Source of the DNA: Cytophagaceae bacterium
Lineage (GTDB): Bacteria; Bacteroidota; Bacteroidia; Cytophagales; Spirosomataceae
NCBI GenBank assembly: GCA_031420365.1
Contig: JANOMP010000343.1
Location: forward strand, 4,386 to 68,385
Reading direction: 5' to 3'
DNA: 64,000 bases
The notes beneath the pieces are model-generated. The model had not been told where the DNA came from, made no database searches, and was given only the letters and a program-made list of their open reading frames with translations. The translations under genes and the position numbers were made by a program. Of this stretch, positions 18,973 through 27,163 are shown piece by piece (position 1 is the first letter of the stretch; every line of letters begins with the position of its first letter).

Positions 18973-19776
18973 ATGACCTATTACACAAGACCTTTTTTTT
19001 TGCTTTTATTTTTTAATGTTGCTTGGGGCCAGACCCTTAAGGCAACTTATAGCTTAGATTTCATTTTTAACGAAAAAACTCCTCATAAAATATCAAAAGA
19101 AAAGTTTTCATTACTTATCTACGATACAAGTGAATCGGTATTTTTAAGCACCCCTGCATTGCATAATGATTCTCTTTTGAAAAGCATGGAAAACCTTCCC
19201 TACAGTAAAAATGGTATTTCCAATATTAAAAGTCCTTTGATAAAAACCCATTTTCAAACAATTATAACTAAAAATTATACAAATAAATTAGTCAAAGTTT
19301 ATGATACTATTTTTACGTTGAAAGGAAATTATTTATTCAATGAGAAATTAAATTGGGAAATAAAAGATAGCACAGCCAAAATTGGAGAATATAATTGCAT
19401 TTTAGCACAGGTATTTTATGCAGGTAGAAATTATGAGGCTTGGTTTACTGATGAAATTCCAATTTCGGATGGCCCCTATTTGTTTTCCGGTTTACCAGGC
19501 CTTATCGTTGAAGTATCAGATGCAAGAAAAAATTATCATTTTAAATTGCTATCATTTGAAAAAAATAATTCAAAAAAAATCAATCATTTTTATATTTCAA
19601 AAAAATCAATTCAATTTGATAGAACTGAATTTCTAAATCTCCGTCTTAGCCATCATAATGACCCAATAGGATTTATGGCAAATACATTGAATATTAAAGG
19701 TCTGGATGAAGATGTACAATCTGATATTAAAAAAAATATAAGTAAACGTAACAATTTCATGGAGTTGAATTGGTGA
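18973..19776 (+). CDS. GLPGLI-family protein A
   Basis: Signal peptide and the motif WFTDEIPISDGPYLFSGLPGLIVEVSD. Confidence 0.85.
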   Translation: MTYYTRPFFLLLFFNVAWGQTLKATYSLDFIFNEKTPHKISKEKFSLLIYDTSESVFLSTPALHNDSLLKSMENLPYSKNGISNIKSPLIKTHFQTIITKNYTNKLVKVYDTIFTLKGNYLFNEKLNWEIKDSTAKIGEYNCILAQVFYAGRNYEAWFTDEIPISDGPYLFSGLPGLIVEVSDARKNYHFKLLSFEKNNSKKINHFYISKKSIQFDRTEFLNLRLSHHNDPIGFMANTLNIKGLDEDVQSDIKKNISKRNNFMELNW

Positions 19777-19780
19777 AAAG

Positions 19781-19896
19781 ACCAACAGCCACTTTAAATT
19801 TCTGTAGGTTCTAAACAAATTTTAAATTTATATTATATGAAAAAAGTATTTTTGTCCGTTGTGTTAATGTTTTTTGTTTCATTTGCTTTTGCAGAG
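19781..19896 (+). repeat. Copy 2 of the 116-bp conserved module
   Basis: Starts 2 nt after the GLPGLI-A stop codon. 6/116 mismatches versus copy 1. Confidence 0.9.
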
Positions 19897-20142
19897 GAAA
19901 TAGTAGTAGAGAAAGTTTCTATCGATAAAAACTTACATAAAGAAGGTTTGGTTTTAAATGCATCAAACGAGAATTCAAAATGCGTTCAAAAGGCCGGGAC
20001 AAATTCTTTAGAAATAGTTACCGTAAATGAAACTGAATGCTTTATATTGAGTTGCAGAGTAGTTTGTTTTGAGGTGGATCGTTTAGTGACTGCAGATGAA
20101 GTTGAAGCTATATATGATCATTTAGACTACATTTTTTGTTAA
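19837..20142 (+). CDS. Small secreted Cys-framework protein B (101 aa precursor)
   Basis: MKKVFLSVVLMFFVSFAFA|EE. The mature part carries C-x4-C-x3-C-x23-C. Confidence 0.7.
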   Translation: MKKVFLSVVLMFFVSFAFAEEIVVEKVSIDKNLHKEGLVLNASNENSKCVQKAGTNSLEIVTVNETECFILSCRVVCFEVDRLVTADEVEAIYDHLDYIFC

Positions 20143-20178
20143 CTTCTTAATCTGCTAGTTCTCTTACATAAATAGTTC

Positions 20179-20221
20179 TTTTGCAACATTAGCGGCATTA
20201 ATACCTGTTAGTGTTGCAAAA
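20179..20221 (+). promoter_or_regulatory. Intercistronic stem-loop (10-bp perfect stem, 23-nt loop) between small gene B and GLPGLI B
   Basis: TTTTGCAACA (20179-20188) pairs with TGTTGCAAAA (20212-20221). There is no T-run after it. Confidence 0.45.
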
Positions 20222-20233
20222 TTTCACACTTAA

Positions 20234-21031
20234 ATGATGAAAAAAAATTATCTCTTTTTGCTTCTTTCTTTACCTTTATCTGCATTTTCTCAGTTTTTCG
20301 AGGCAAAATACGTGGTCAGGTTTAGAGCTAACTTGAACAATGAATCCTTTTCGGAAGAAAATTGTCATTTATTGATAAATAAGTCAACAAACAACTCTTA
20401 CTTTTTTTCAGAAAATTTTTACAAAAAAGATTCCATTGGAAATTTAATTTCAAAAAATAGGCTGTATCGCGATCCTTCAATGCAAGATCCAAACCTTAGA
20501 TTGAAAACGATGTTCTATTTTTTAATTAATAAGGATTTTGAAAAAAAAGAAATAATAACGAATGAAAGAATAGTCACTAAAATTTATACTTATCCACAGG
20601 AGATGAAGTTAAAATGGGAAATGAGTGACGACACATTAACGATAGATAATTATATCTGTCAAAAAGCAACATTAGATTTTGAAGGAAGATCCTATTCTTG
20701 TTGGTTTACTACCGAAATTGCTATCTCCGATGGCCCTTTCAAGTTCTGCGGGTTACCAGGACTCATTTTAGAAATTTCAGATACTGAGAAGCATTATAAT
20801 TTCAAAATGGTGAGTTTCCAAAAAATACAAGAAATCAAATTCAAAAAAATATATAATCAAGAAAAATCAATGGAGGTTTCATTTAACAATTTTAGGAAAA
20901 TCATCAAAGATCACAATGGAAATCCTTCTTTAGCGCTTATGGACGCAGGCTTAAAATTAACAGATGAGCAACTTAAAATGATTAATTTTGAAACAAATAG
21001 AAAGAAATCAAATCCAATTGAAAGACTTTAG
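20234..21031 (+). CDS. GLPGLI-family protein B
   Basis: Signal peptide and the motif WFTTEIAISDGPFKFCGLPGLILEISD. Confidence 0.85.
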   Translation: MMKKNYLFLLLSLPLSAFSQFFEAKYVVRFRANLNNESFSEENCHLLINKSTNNSYFFSENFYKKDSIGNLISKNRLYRDPSMQDPNLRLKTMFYFLINKDFEKKEIITNERIVTKIYTYPQEMKLKWEMSDDTLTIDNYICQKATLDFEGRSYSCWFTTEIAISDGPFKFCGLPGLILEISDTEKHYNFKMVSFQKIQEIKFKKIYNQEKSMEVSFNNFRKIIKDHNGNPSLALMDAGLKLTDEQLKMINFETNRKKSNPIERL

Positions 21032-21077
21032 AATTATCTAAATTCTGAAAATCTAAATAAAAATACATTTCGGCACA

Positions 21078-21284
21078 TTAAGAAAATAGCAACAAACCTA
21101 CTTTATTTTCATTTTTAAAATTGACGAACTTTCCCATAATATAAACTGAGGTATAAAAGTAGCTACCTTGCCATTTTCTGGTTAGTTTAAAAGGGAGAGA
21201 ATTGTATCTAAAGCAGATGCTAAAGTTTTTGTAGTAATGCCTCTCATAATCTTTAAATAGACTTGTTTTTTCTCTAAATATCAT
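21078..21284 (-). pseudogene. Decayed duplicate of the XRE regulator gene (5' part only, HTH out of frame)
   Basis: The nucleotide sequence is alignable to 18230-18393. It shares MIFxEKxxLF and ends back in frame (KFVNF versus KLVKF). The approximately 40 codons that encode the HTH in the intact copy are read in a shifted frame, and the coiled-coil part is absent. Confidence 0.6.
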
Positions 21285-21408
21285 TTTTAAAATTGTGAAA
21301 TTTTCAAAAACTTGTGCGAAATCTACAATTTATTATGTAGAATTTCCAAACAATTTTACCAAATATTAAAGAATTTTGAATCATCAGCTGATAACAGTGA
21401 GGGAAAAG

Positions 21409-21524
21409 ACCAACAGCCACTTTAAATTTCTGTAGGCTCTAAACAAATTTTAAATTTATATTTTATGAAAAAAGTATTTTTGTCCGTTGTCTTAATGTTT
21501 TTTGTTTCTATTGCGTTTGCAGAA
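21409..21524 (+). repeat. Copy 3 of the 116-bp conserved module
   Basis: 7/116 mismatches versus copy 2 and 9/116 versus copy 1. Similarity to copy 1 extends upstream through 21285-21408 into the XRE pseudogene. Confidence 0.9.
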
Positions 21525-21755
21525 GTGTCTGGAAGTAAAAAGAATTCTTTAAGAAAGACTGCTTTTATAAAAAAAGTTAAAAATTCTAATCAAAAAATTA
21601 GAACCCAACCCAAGCCAGTTTTAATGACTTGTTTTTCGTCTTCATGTATAACGTCTTGTGACCCTTCAGATACAGAATACTCTAATACTGCTATTGTTGT
21701 GATACTTGTAAGGTTAGAAAAATATTGTGATTCGATTACGTATAACTACATGTAG
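21465..21755 (+). CDS. Small secreted Cys-framework protein C (96 aa precursor)
   Basis: MKKVFLSVVLMFFVSIAFA|EV. The mature part carries C-x4-C-x3-C-x22-C. Confidence 0.7.
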   Translation: MKKVFLSVVLMFFVSIAFAEVSGSKKNSLRKTAFIKKVKNSNQKIRTQPKPVLMTCFSSSCITSCDPSDTEYSNTAIVVILVRLEKYCDSITYNYM

Positions 21756-21756
21756 G

Positions 21757-21797
21757 AATATGACCCCTCACGTTTTGTAGGGGTCATATTTTTTTTA
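21757..21797 (+). terminator. Strong intrinsic terminator 2 nt after the stop of small gene C
   Basis: 12-bp perfect stem AATATGACCCCT/AGGGGTCATATT with a 10-nt loop, followed by a T-run. Confidence 0.75.
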
Positions 21798-21825
21798 TTG
21801 TTAATTGTTAAATCAACCTAAACAC

Positions 21826-22626
21826 ATGAAAAATATAAAATTACTAATATTTTTGCAAGTTGTACCAATAGCATTATTTTCTCAAAATTTTAAATTTACA
21901 TATGAATTAAGGGCAACACCATTTATTCAAAATTCTTCCAATATCATAAATGAAATTGGCTATTTACATATTAATAAAAATATAAATTCATACTTTTTTT
22001 CAGAGAAGTTTTTGAAAATAGATTCGGCTTATAGAATACTTGATGAACAAAATGTATCACCTTATTCAGCTTTAGAAAACTTTAGCAAATTCAATGCAAA
22101 TTACTTTTTTAAAGAATTTATTGTAAAAAATTATCAAGATTCAAAAATAGAAATTTTTAGAGAATTAGGTATTGAACATTTCAAGTATCAAGTAAAAAGC
22201 GTCTTTCAGTGGGAAGTAAAAAATGAAATTGATACTTTAAACAATTTGATATGCCAAAAAGCGGTTACGACTTATTCAGGGAGGGAATATGTAGCTTGGT
22301 TTACAACAGAATTTCCATTTTCAGACGGCCCGTATGTGTTCAATGGCTTGCCTGGTTTAATTGTTAAAATTGCCGATACAAAAAACCTATTTCAATTTAA
22401 ATTAATTCACTACGAAAAAGAACCAGCATCGTTTATCCTTAAACCATTCAAATACTCAAAGGCACTTCAAATTTCTTTAAAGGATTTTATTAGTTTAAGA
22501 ATTGATTTAACAAACGACCCACTTAAACAATTCATAGATGCTGGTTTCACAATAAAGGATTCTAGAATTCCAGATATGTCGAAGACAAAAATGTCAGATA
22601 AAATAAATTACATTGAAATTGAATAA
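21826..22626 (+). CDS. GLPGLI-family protein C
   Basis: Signal peptide MKNIKLLIFLQVVPIALFSQ and the motif WFTTEFPFSDGPYVFNGLPGLIVKIAD. Start at ATG 21826. Confidence 0.85.
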   Translation: MKNIKLLIFLQVVPIALFSQNFKFTYELRATPFIQNSSNIINEIGYLHINKNINSYFFSEKFLKIDSAYRILDEQNVSPYSALENFSKFNANYFFKEFIVKNYQDSKIEIFRELGIEHFKYQVKSVFQWEVKNEIDTLNNLICQKAVTTYSGREYVAWFTTEFPFSDGPYVFNGLPGLIVKIADTKNLFQFKLIHYEKEPASFILKPFKYSKALQISLKDFISLRIDLTNDPLKQFIDAGFTIKDSRIPDMSKTKMSDKINYIEIE

Positions 22627-22879
22627 ATTGTTGTAATTACTTTCAATTTAGGAATGGTAAATTAATTTGCTCAATTCAATTTTGATTTATAAGAGTTTTT
22701 GAAAAGAAAAAGTTGAAAATGAAAGAAAAAGTTAATTTACAAACACGGCAAATGTCTTGAGGTTAATAAATTTAATTTTAAAGGGCAATAAAAATAAAAC
22801 TAAAAATTGTTTTTTTGGTCTCCAAACCATATCAATTTTGTTCGAAATTACCTATTTGCAAATAGTTGTGAAATTTTTA

Positions 22880-25534
22880 ATGAGTAAAATAACATTTTTT
22901 CGGATAATATTGGTCTTTTTTTGCTTTTTAAAAATGGAAGCTTCTTTTTCACAAATACTAATTTCAGGCAAATTGAGTGAAAAAAGCACAAAAATTCCAA
23001 TTCAAAATGCAAATATTACAATAAAAAAAATAAACTCTAAGGCAATCCTATTCTTCGGATTTTCAGATAAAAAAGGTAATTTTTTAATCGAATCAAATAT
23101 CGATTCAGATTCAGTACAACTGCATATTGGAATAATGGGGTATGCTCCCTTAGTTCTAAACCTTCTAAATTACTCTCAAAGACTTGATTTGCAACTAGAG
23201 CAAGCCGTCATTGAACTTAAAGAACTAAATATAAAACAAGAACCCATCCGTAAATTTGGTGATACGCTAAGCTATGCTATTGGCGAGTTTAAAGACAAAA
23301 ATGATCGAGTACTCGCTGATGTTTTGAAAAGACTGCCAGGCATAGAAGTTGAACCCAATGGCAGAATACTGTATCAGGGCGAACCGATAAATAAGTATTA
23401 TATTGAGGGTTTAGATCTTCTGAATGGTCGATATAAATTAGCAAACGATAACCTAAACATAGACGCTGTGCAAAGTGTAGAGGTGCTTGAAAACCATCAG
23501 CCTATCCGAATGCTGGATAGCACCGTGTTTTCTGATAAAGCCGCAATAAATATTAGGCTTAAAAAAGCAGTTACGAATTCTGGGCAGATAAATTTGGGTC
23601 TAGGTTCAACACCTTTACTTTGGGATATAAATTTAACTCCTATGTTGTTTTCAAAAAAGCTCCAAATGATTTCTACATTTCAGGGCAACAATACAGGCAA
23701 AAATAGTTCTAGTCAACTTATGCAACTTACCCCAGGCACTGTTTTTAGTGATTTAGAGGCCCGCAATAGCGATTGGGTAGGAATTCAACAGCTTTCTAGC
23801 CCCGCCTTTAAAGAAATCAGATGGCTTGATAATAATGTCAAAATAGGGTCAATGAATTTTTTAAAAAAATTAAAAGATGGCCTTGAGTTACGTTTTATAA
23901 GCGATTTTTCAAGTGATATCCAACTTCAAAATGGATCCACCAAAACTACTTTTTTTGATTCCGACAAAGAAAACATTCAACTTTTAGAAACAAAAAGAAA
24001 CAGATTGGGATTTAATTCTTCTAAAACTAGTCTTACGATACAAAAAAATACCAATGATAGGTATTTAAAAAACAGCCTTAAAATAAATGGAATTTGGAAT
24101 AATCAATTGGGGAACATTATTGGTGTTAATGGAGGGTTAAAGCAACAAACAAAACTTCCTGTATTTATTATTTCGAATAGTTATCAAGATTTTTTTAAAA
24201 TAAATAAGACGATTCTTACGCTAAATTCTTCCTCAGGTTTTGAAAATGTAAATCAGTCGTTGTCAATTTCTCCAAGCATTTTTATTGAACTATTTGGCTT
24301 GAGCAAGGCAACAGAATCTGTTCAGCAAAATGTCCAAAAAGACAAAATGTTCACTCAGAATTCTATTCAGTTTATAAAGAAAGTAAAAAAGATTTCTGTA
24401 GAGACCAGCGTAGGTTTTGATCTAAACAAAGAGGTCCTTAGGAGTGGGATAGCACTTGATTTTCCTAACGAACGGACAGTTTTAGGGCAAGATTTTAATA
24501 ACAACCTAAAATGGAGCGAACAAAAATATTACGTAAAATTAATAAATAGATTAAATCACCAAGAATGGAAAATAGCTATTACTACTCCAATTAGCTTCAA
24601 TTCATTTTTTGCTCTTGACGGTGATTTTAAAAAACAACAAACCCTAAAAACATTTGTTTTTGAACCCAGAATTAGCTTAAATCGAGAAATAAAAAATTTC
24701 TGGACATTTAATATAAACATGGGAAAAAGTAATAGGTTTGGAGATATTAACCAAATGTATTTTGGATACATTTTGAACAATTATAGAGATATAAAAAGAT
24801 TCAATGCTCCAGTTCTACAAAGTGTAAACTATTCGGGCAATATAGGATTAAACTATAGAAATCCTGTAAAAAGTACTTTTGGTTCTGTTTCATTTGCTAA
24901 CGGAAAAACCATTTCGAATTTAATCTATACTAACATAATAAATACCAACGGCAGCATTGAAAGAAATGCCTTAGAAAAAAATAATGAAGGATTTTCTCAA
25001 AATTGGAACGGACGAATTGGAAAATATTTTAGAATAATAAAAACTACATTTACGGTAAGAAATAGTGTTTTTTCGCAAAAAGGGGTTCAGGTCATTAATG
25101 AGAATGAGACTTTGGTAAAAACACAAGGAATGAAACCTAGCATTGATGTTACCTCTACTTTGAGCCCTTGGTTTAGTTTTTATTATAATTATAGTTTTTC
25201 GAGCTTTAGAAATAAAGTGGGCCGCGAAATTCGACCAAATGTTGTGCAGGAATCTCAGTTTTTAAACTTAAACTGTTTTACTAAAAATAATTTTAATTTT
25301 AGTGTAAACAATGAAATTTATATCAATAATTTTAATAATCAAAAAAACATATTTACTGATTTTTCTCTAAGAAAAACTATTGGCAAAAGGAAAATTGACT
25401 TAGAAGCCAATTATACAAATATTTTTAATTCAAATACATTACTAACTGTAAGTTCTGGTACATTTTCTTACATCGAAACAGCCTATTTGTTAAGACCCAG
25501 ACAAGCCGTGTTTAAAATTAGGTTTTCTTACTAA
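22880..25534 (+). CDS. Outer-membrane beta-barrel protein with CarboxypepD_reg-like N-domain and plug-like segment (TonB-dependent-receptor-like)
   Basis: Signal peptide MSKITFFRIILVFFCFLKMEASFSQ. ILISGKL...ANITIKK...DKKGNF resembles the CarboxypepD_reg fold. LADVLKRLPGIEVEPNGRILYQGEPI is plug-like. The remainder is a long beta-rich region ending in FKIRFSY. Confidence 0.8.
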   Translation: MSKITFFRIILVFFCFLKMEASFSQILISGKLSEKSTKIPIQNANITIKKINSKAILFFGFSDKKGNFLIESNIDSDSVQLHIGIMGYAPLVLNLLNYSQRLDLQLEQAVIELKELNIKQEPIRKFGDTLSYAIGEFKDKNDRVLADVLKRLPGIEVEPNGRILYQGEPINKYYIEGLDLLNGRYKLANDNLNIDAVQSVEVLENHQPIRMLDSTVFSDKAAINIRLKKAVTNSGQINLGLGSTPLLWDINLTPMLFSKKLQMISTFQGNNTGKNSSSQLMQLTPGTVFSDLEARNSDWVGIQQLSSPAFKEIRWLDNNVKIGSMNFLKKLKDGLELRFISDFSSDIQLQNGSTKTTFFDSDKENIQLLETKRNRLGFNSSKTSLTIQKNTNDRYLKNSLKINGIWNNQLGNIIGVNGGLKQQTKLPVFIISNSYQDFFKINKTILTLNSSSGFENVNQSLSISPSIFIELFGLSKATESVQQNVQKDKMFTQNSIQFIKKVKKISVETSVGFDLNKEVLRSGIALDFPNERTVLGQDFNNNLKWSEQKYYVKLINRLNHQEWKIAITTPISFNSFFALDGDFKKQQTLKTFVFEPRISLNREIKNFWTFNINMGKSNRFGDINQMYFGYILNNYRDIKRFNAPVLQSVNYSGNIGLNYRNPVKSTFGSVSFANGKTISNLIYTNIINTNGSIERNALEKNNEGFSQNWNGRIGKYFRIIKTTFTVRNSVFSQKGVQVINENETLVKTQGMKPSIDVTSTLSPWFSFYYNYSFSSFRNKVGREIRPNVVQESQFLNLNCFTKNNFNFSVNNEIYINNFNNQKNIFTDFSLRKTIGKRKIDLEANYTNIFNSNTLLTVSSGTFSYIETAYLLRPRQAVFKIRFSY

Positions 25535-25555
25535 AATCGTGTATACTTCCATTAC

Positions 25556-27163
25556 CTAGGTCTGAATAACACCTACATTGTACCGTTCTGTAATAGGAGC
25601 ATGATTAGCAGCTTCTATTCCCATGCTCACTATTTTACGAGTTTCGGCAGGGTCAATTACACCGTCCACCCAAAGCCTAGCTGCGGCATAATAAGGACTT
25701 AATTGTTCCTTATATTGCTTCAAAATTTTATCCAATAGTTCTTTTTTTTCCTCCGACCCAATGGTAAATCCTTTAGCTTTTAAGGCAGCTTCTTGTATTT
25801 GTAATAAGGTATTTCCCGCAGCAGCACCACTCATCACAGCCATTTGAGCGGTTGGCCAAGCATAAATCAATCTAGGGTCATAAGCTTTTCCGCACATGGC
25901 GTAGTTGCCTGCTCCATAGCTATTGCCTACAATAAAAGTAAACTTTGGCACCACTGAATTGGCCATAGCATTTACCATTTTTGCCCCGTCTTTTATAATT
26001 CCTCCTTGTTCTGATCTACTTCCAACCATAAAGCCAGTTACATCTTGAAAAAACACCAAAGGAATCTTCTGTTGGTTACAATTCATAATAAATCGAGCTG
26101 TTTTATCGGCCGAATCACTGTAAATAACACCTCCCATTTGAAGCTCTGGTTTGCCACCAGGCTTTTTGGCTTTAACCATTTCTCTTTGGTTAGCAATAAT
26201 TCCCACAGCCCAACCGTCTATTCGAGCCAGCCCACAGATAATGCTTTTGCCATACTCTTTTTTATATTCTTCTAGGCTGCCTTCGTCAACAATAGTTTCT
26301 AATACTGAAAGCATATTATATGGTTTTGTTCTGTCCAATGGTACAATTTTATATACTTCTTCAGGTTTTGATTTGGGAGAAACCGCTTCTTTTCTGTTAA
26401 AACCGGCCTTTAAATTATGCCCAATTTTATCCATTACATTTTTTATTGCATCTAAGCATGCTTTGTCGTTTGGATATTTGTTATCAGTTACTCCTGATAT
26501 TTCAGAATGGGTAGATGCTCCTCCTAAAGTTTCAGCATCCACATCTTCGCCAATTGAAGATTTTACCAAGTAAGGGCCGGCTAAATAAACCGAGCCAGTT
26601 CCTTCAACAATAAACGCATAATCTGACATAATCGGCAAATAAGCTCCCCCAGCTACACAACTTCCCATTATTGCTGCCAATTGAGGAATTCCCATAGAAG
26701 ACATTCGAGCATTATTTCGGAAAATACGTCCAAAGTGCTCTTTATCAGGGAAAATTTCATCCTGCATGGGCAAATAAACTCCTGCTGAATCAACTAAATA
26801 AATTATTGGAAGCCTATTTTCCATTGCTATTTCTTGGGCTCTTAGATTTTTCTTTCCTGAGATCGGAAACCAAGCTCCAGCCTTCACTGTGGCATCGTTA
26901 GAAACTATAACACAAAGTCTAGCTTGAACATACCCTAATACGCAAATCGCCCCACCATTTGGGCAACCACCTTCCGCTTCATAAAGTCCATCACCAGCAA
27001 ATTTGCCTATTTCTACATATTCTGAATTTAAATCCAAAAGATAAAATATGCGTTCCCAGGCTGTTAATTTCCCTTTTTCTTTATGCTTTTTAATTTTTTC
27101 AATACCTCCACCAAGTTTTAGGGTTTCAGTTTTATTATATAGAAGTTCTAAAAGCTCTTTCAT
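25556..27163 (-). CDS. Acyl-CoA carboxylase carboxyltransferase (beta) subunit, probably methylcrotonyl-CoA carboxylase beta
   Basis: 535 aa carboxyltransferase domain with tandem crotonase-like halves. Context is leucine-degradation genes. Confidence 0.8.
   Translation of the reverse strand: MKELLELLYNKTETLKLGGGIEKIKKHKEKGKLTAWERIFYLLDLNSEYVEIGKFAGDGLYEAEGGCPNGGAICVLGYVQARLCVIVSNDATVKAGAWFPISGKKNLRAQEIAMENRLPIIYLVDSAGVYLPMQDEIFPDKEHFGRIFRNNARMSSMGIPQLAAIMGSCVAGGAYLPIMSDYAFIVEGTGSVYLAGPYLVKSSIGEDVDAETLGGASTHSEISGVTDNKYPNDKACLDAIKNVMDKIGHNLKAGFNRKEAVSPKSKPEEVYKIVPLDRTKPYNMLSVLETIVDEGSLEEYKKEYGKSIICGLARIDGWAVGIIANQREMVKAKKPGGKPELQMGGVIYSDSADKTARFIMNCNQQKIPLVFFQDVTGFMVGSRSEQGGIIKDGAKMVNAMANSVVPKFTFIVGNSYGAGNYAMCGKAYDPRLIYAWPTAQMAVMSGAAAGNTLLQIQEAALKAKGFTIGSEEKKELLDKILKQYKEQLSPYYAAARLWVDGVIDPAETRKIVSMGIEAANHAPITERYNVGVIQT

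Noticed and set aside
21078-21284. 68-aa ORF as a functional small protein
   Set aside because: Its DNA aligns to the XRE gene, but the HTH portion is read out of frame and the C-terminal half is missing. It is best explained as a pseudogene that happens to remain open.
18590-21755. Small proteins as RiPP or double-glycine bacteriocin precursors
   Set aside because: The N-terminus is a textbook Sec signal with an AxA cleavage site, not a GG leader. No radical-SAM, YcaO, lanthipeptide or peptidase-ABC genes are nearby. The proteins are kept as secreted small proteins of unknown function instead.
22852-22865. 14-bp palindrome CTATTTGCAAATAG as an independent regulatory feature
   Set aside because: Several such palindromes are expected by chance in AT-rich DNA (my rough estimate is fewer than 10 per window). 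It is mentioned only in the context of the barrel gene.
20220-22875. Recurrence of the GTGAAATT octamer near gene starts of the locus (20220-20227 reverse complement, 21295-21302, 22868-22875) as a regulatory motif
   Set aside because: My rough expectation for this AT-rich octamer is about 5 hits per 64 kb on both strands, so the scattered single copies are not compelling. Only the x4 tandem array is reported.
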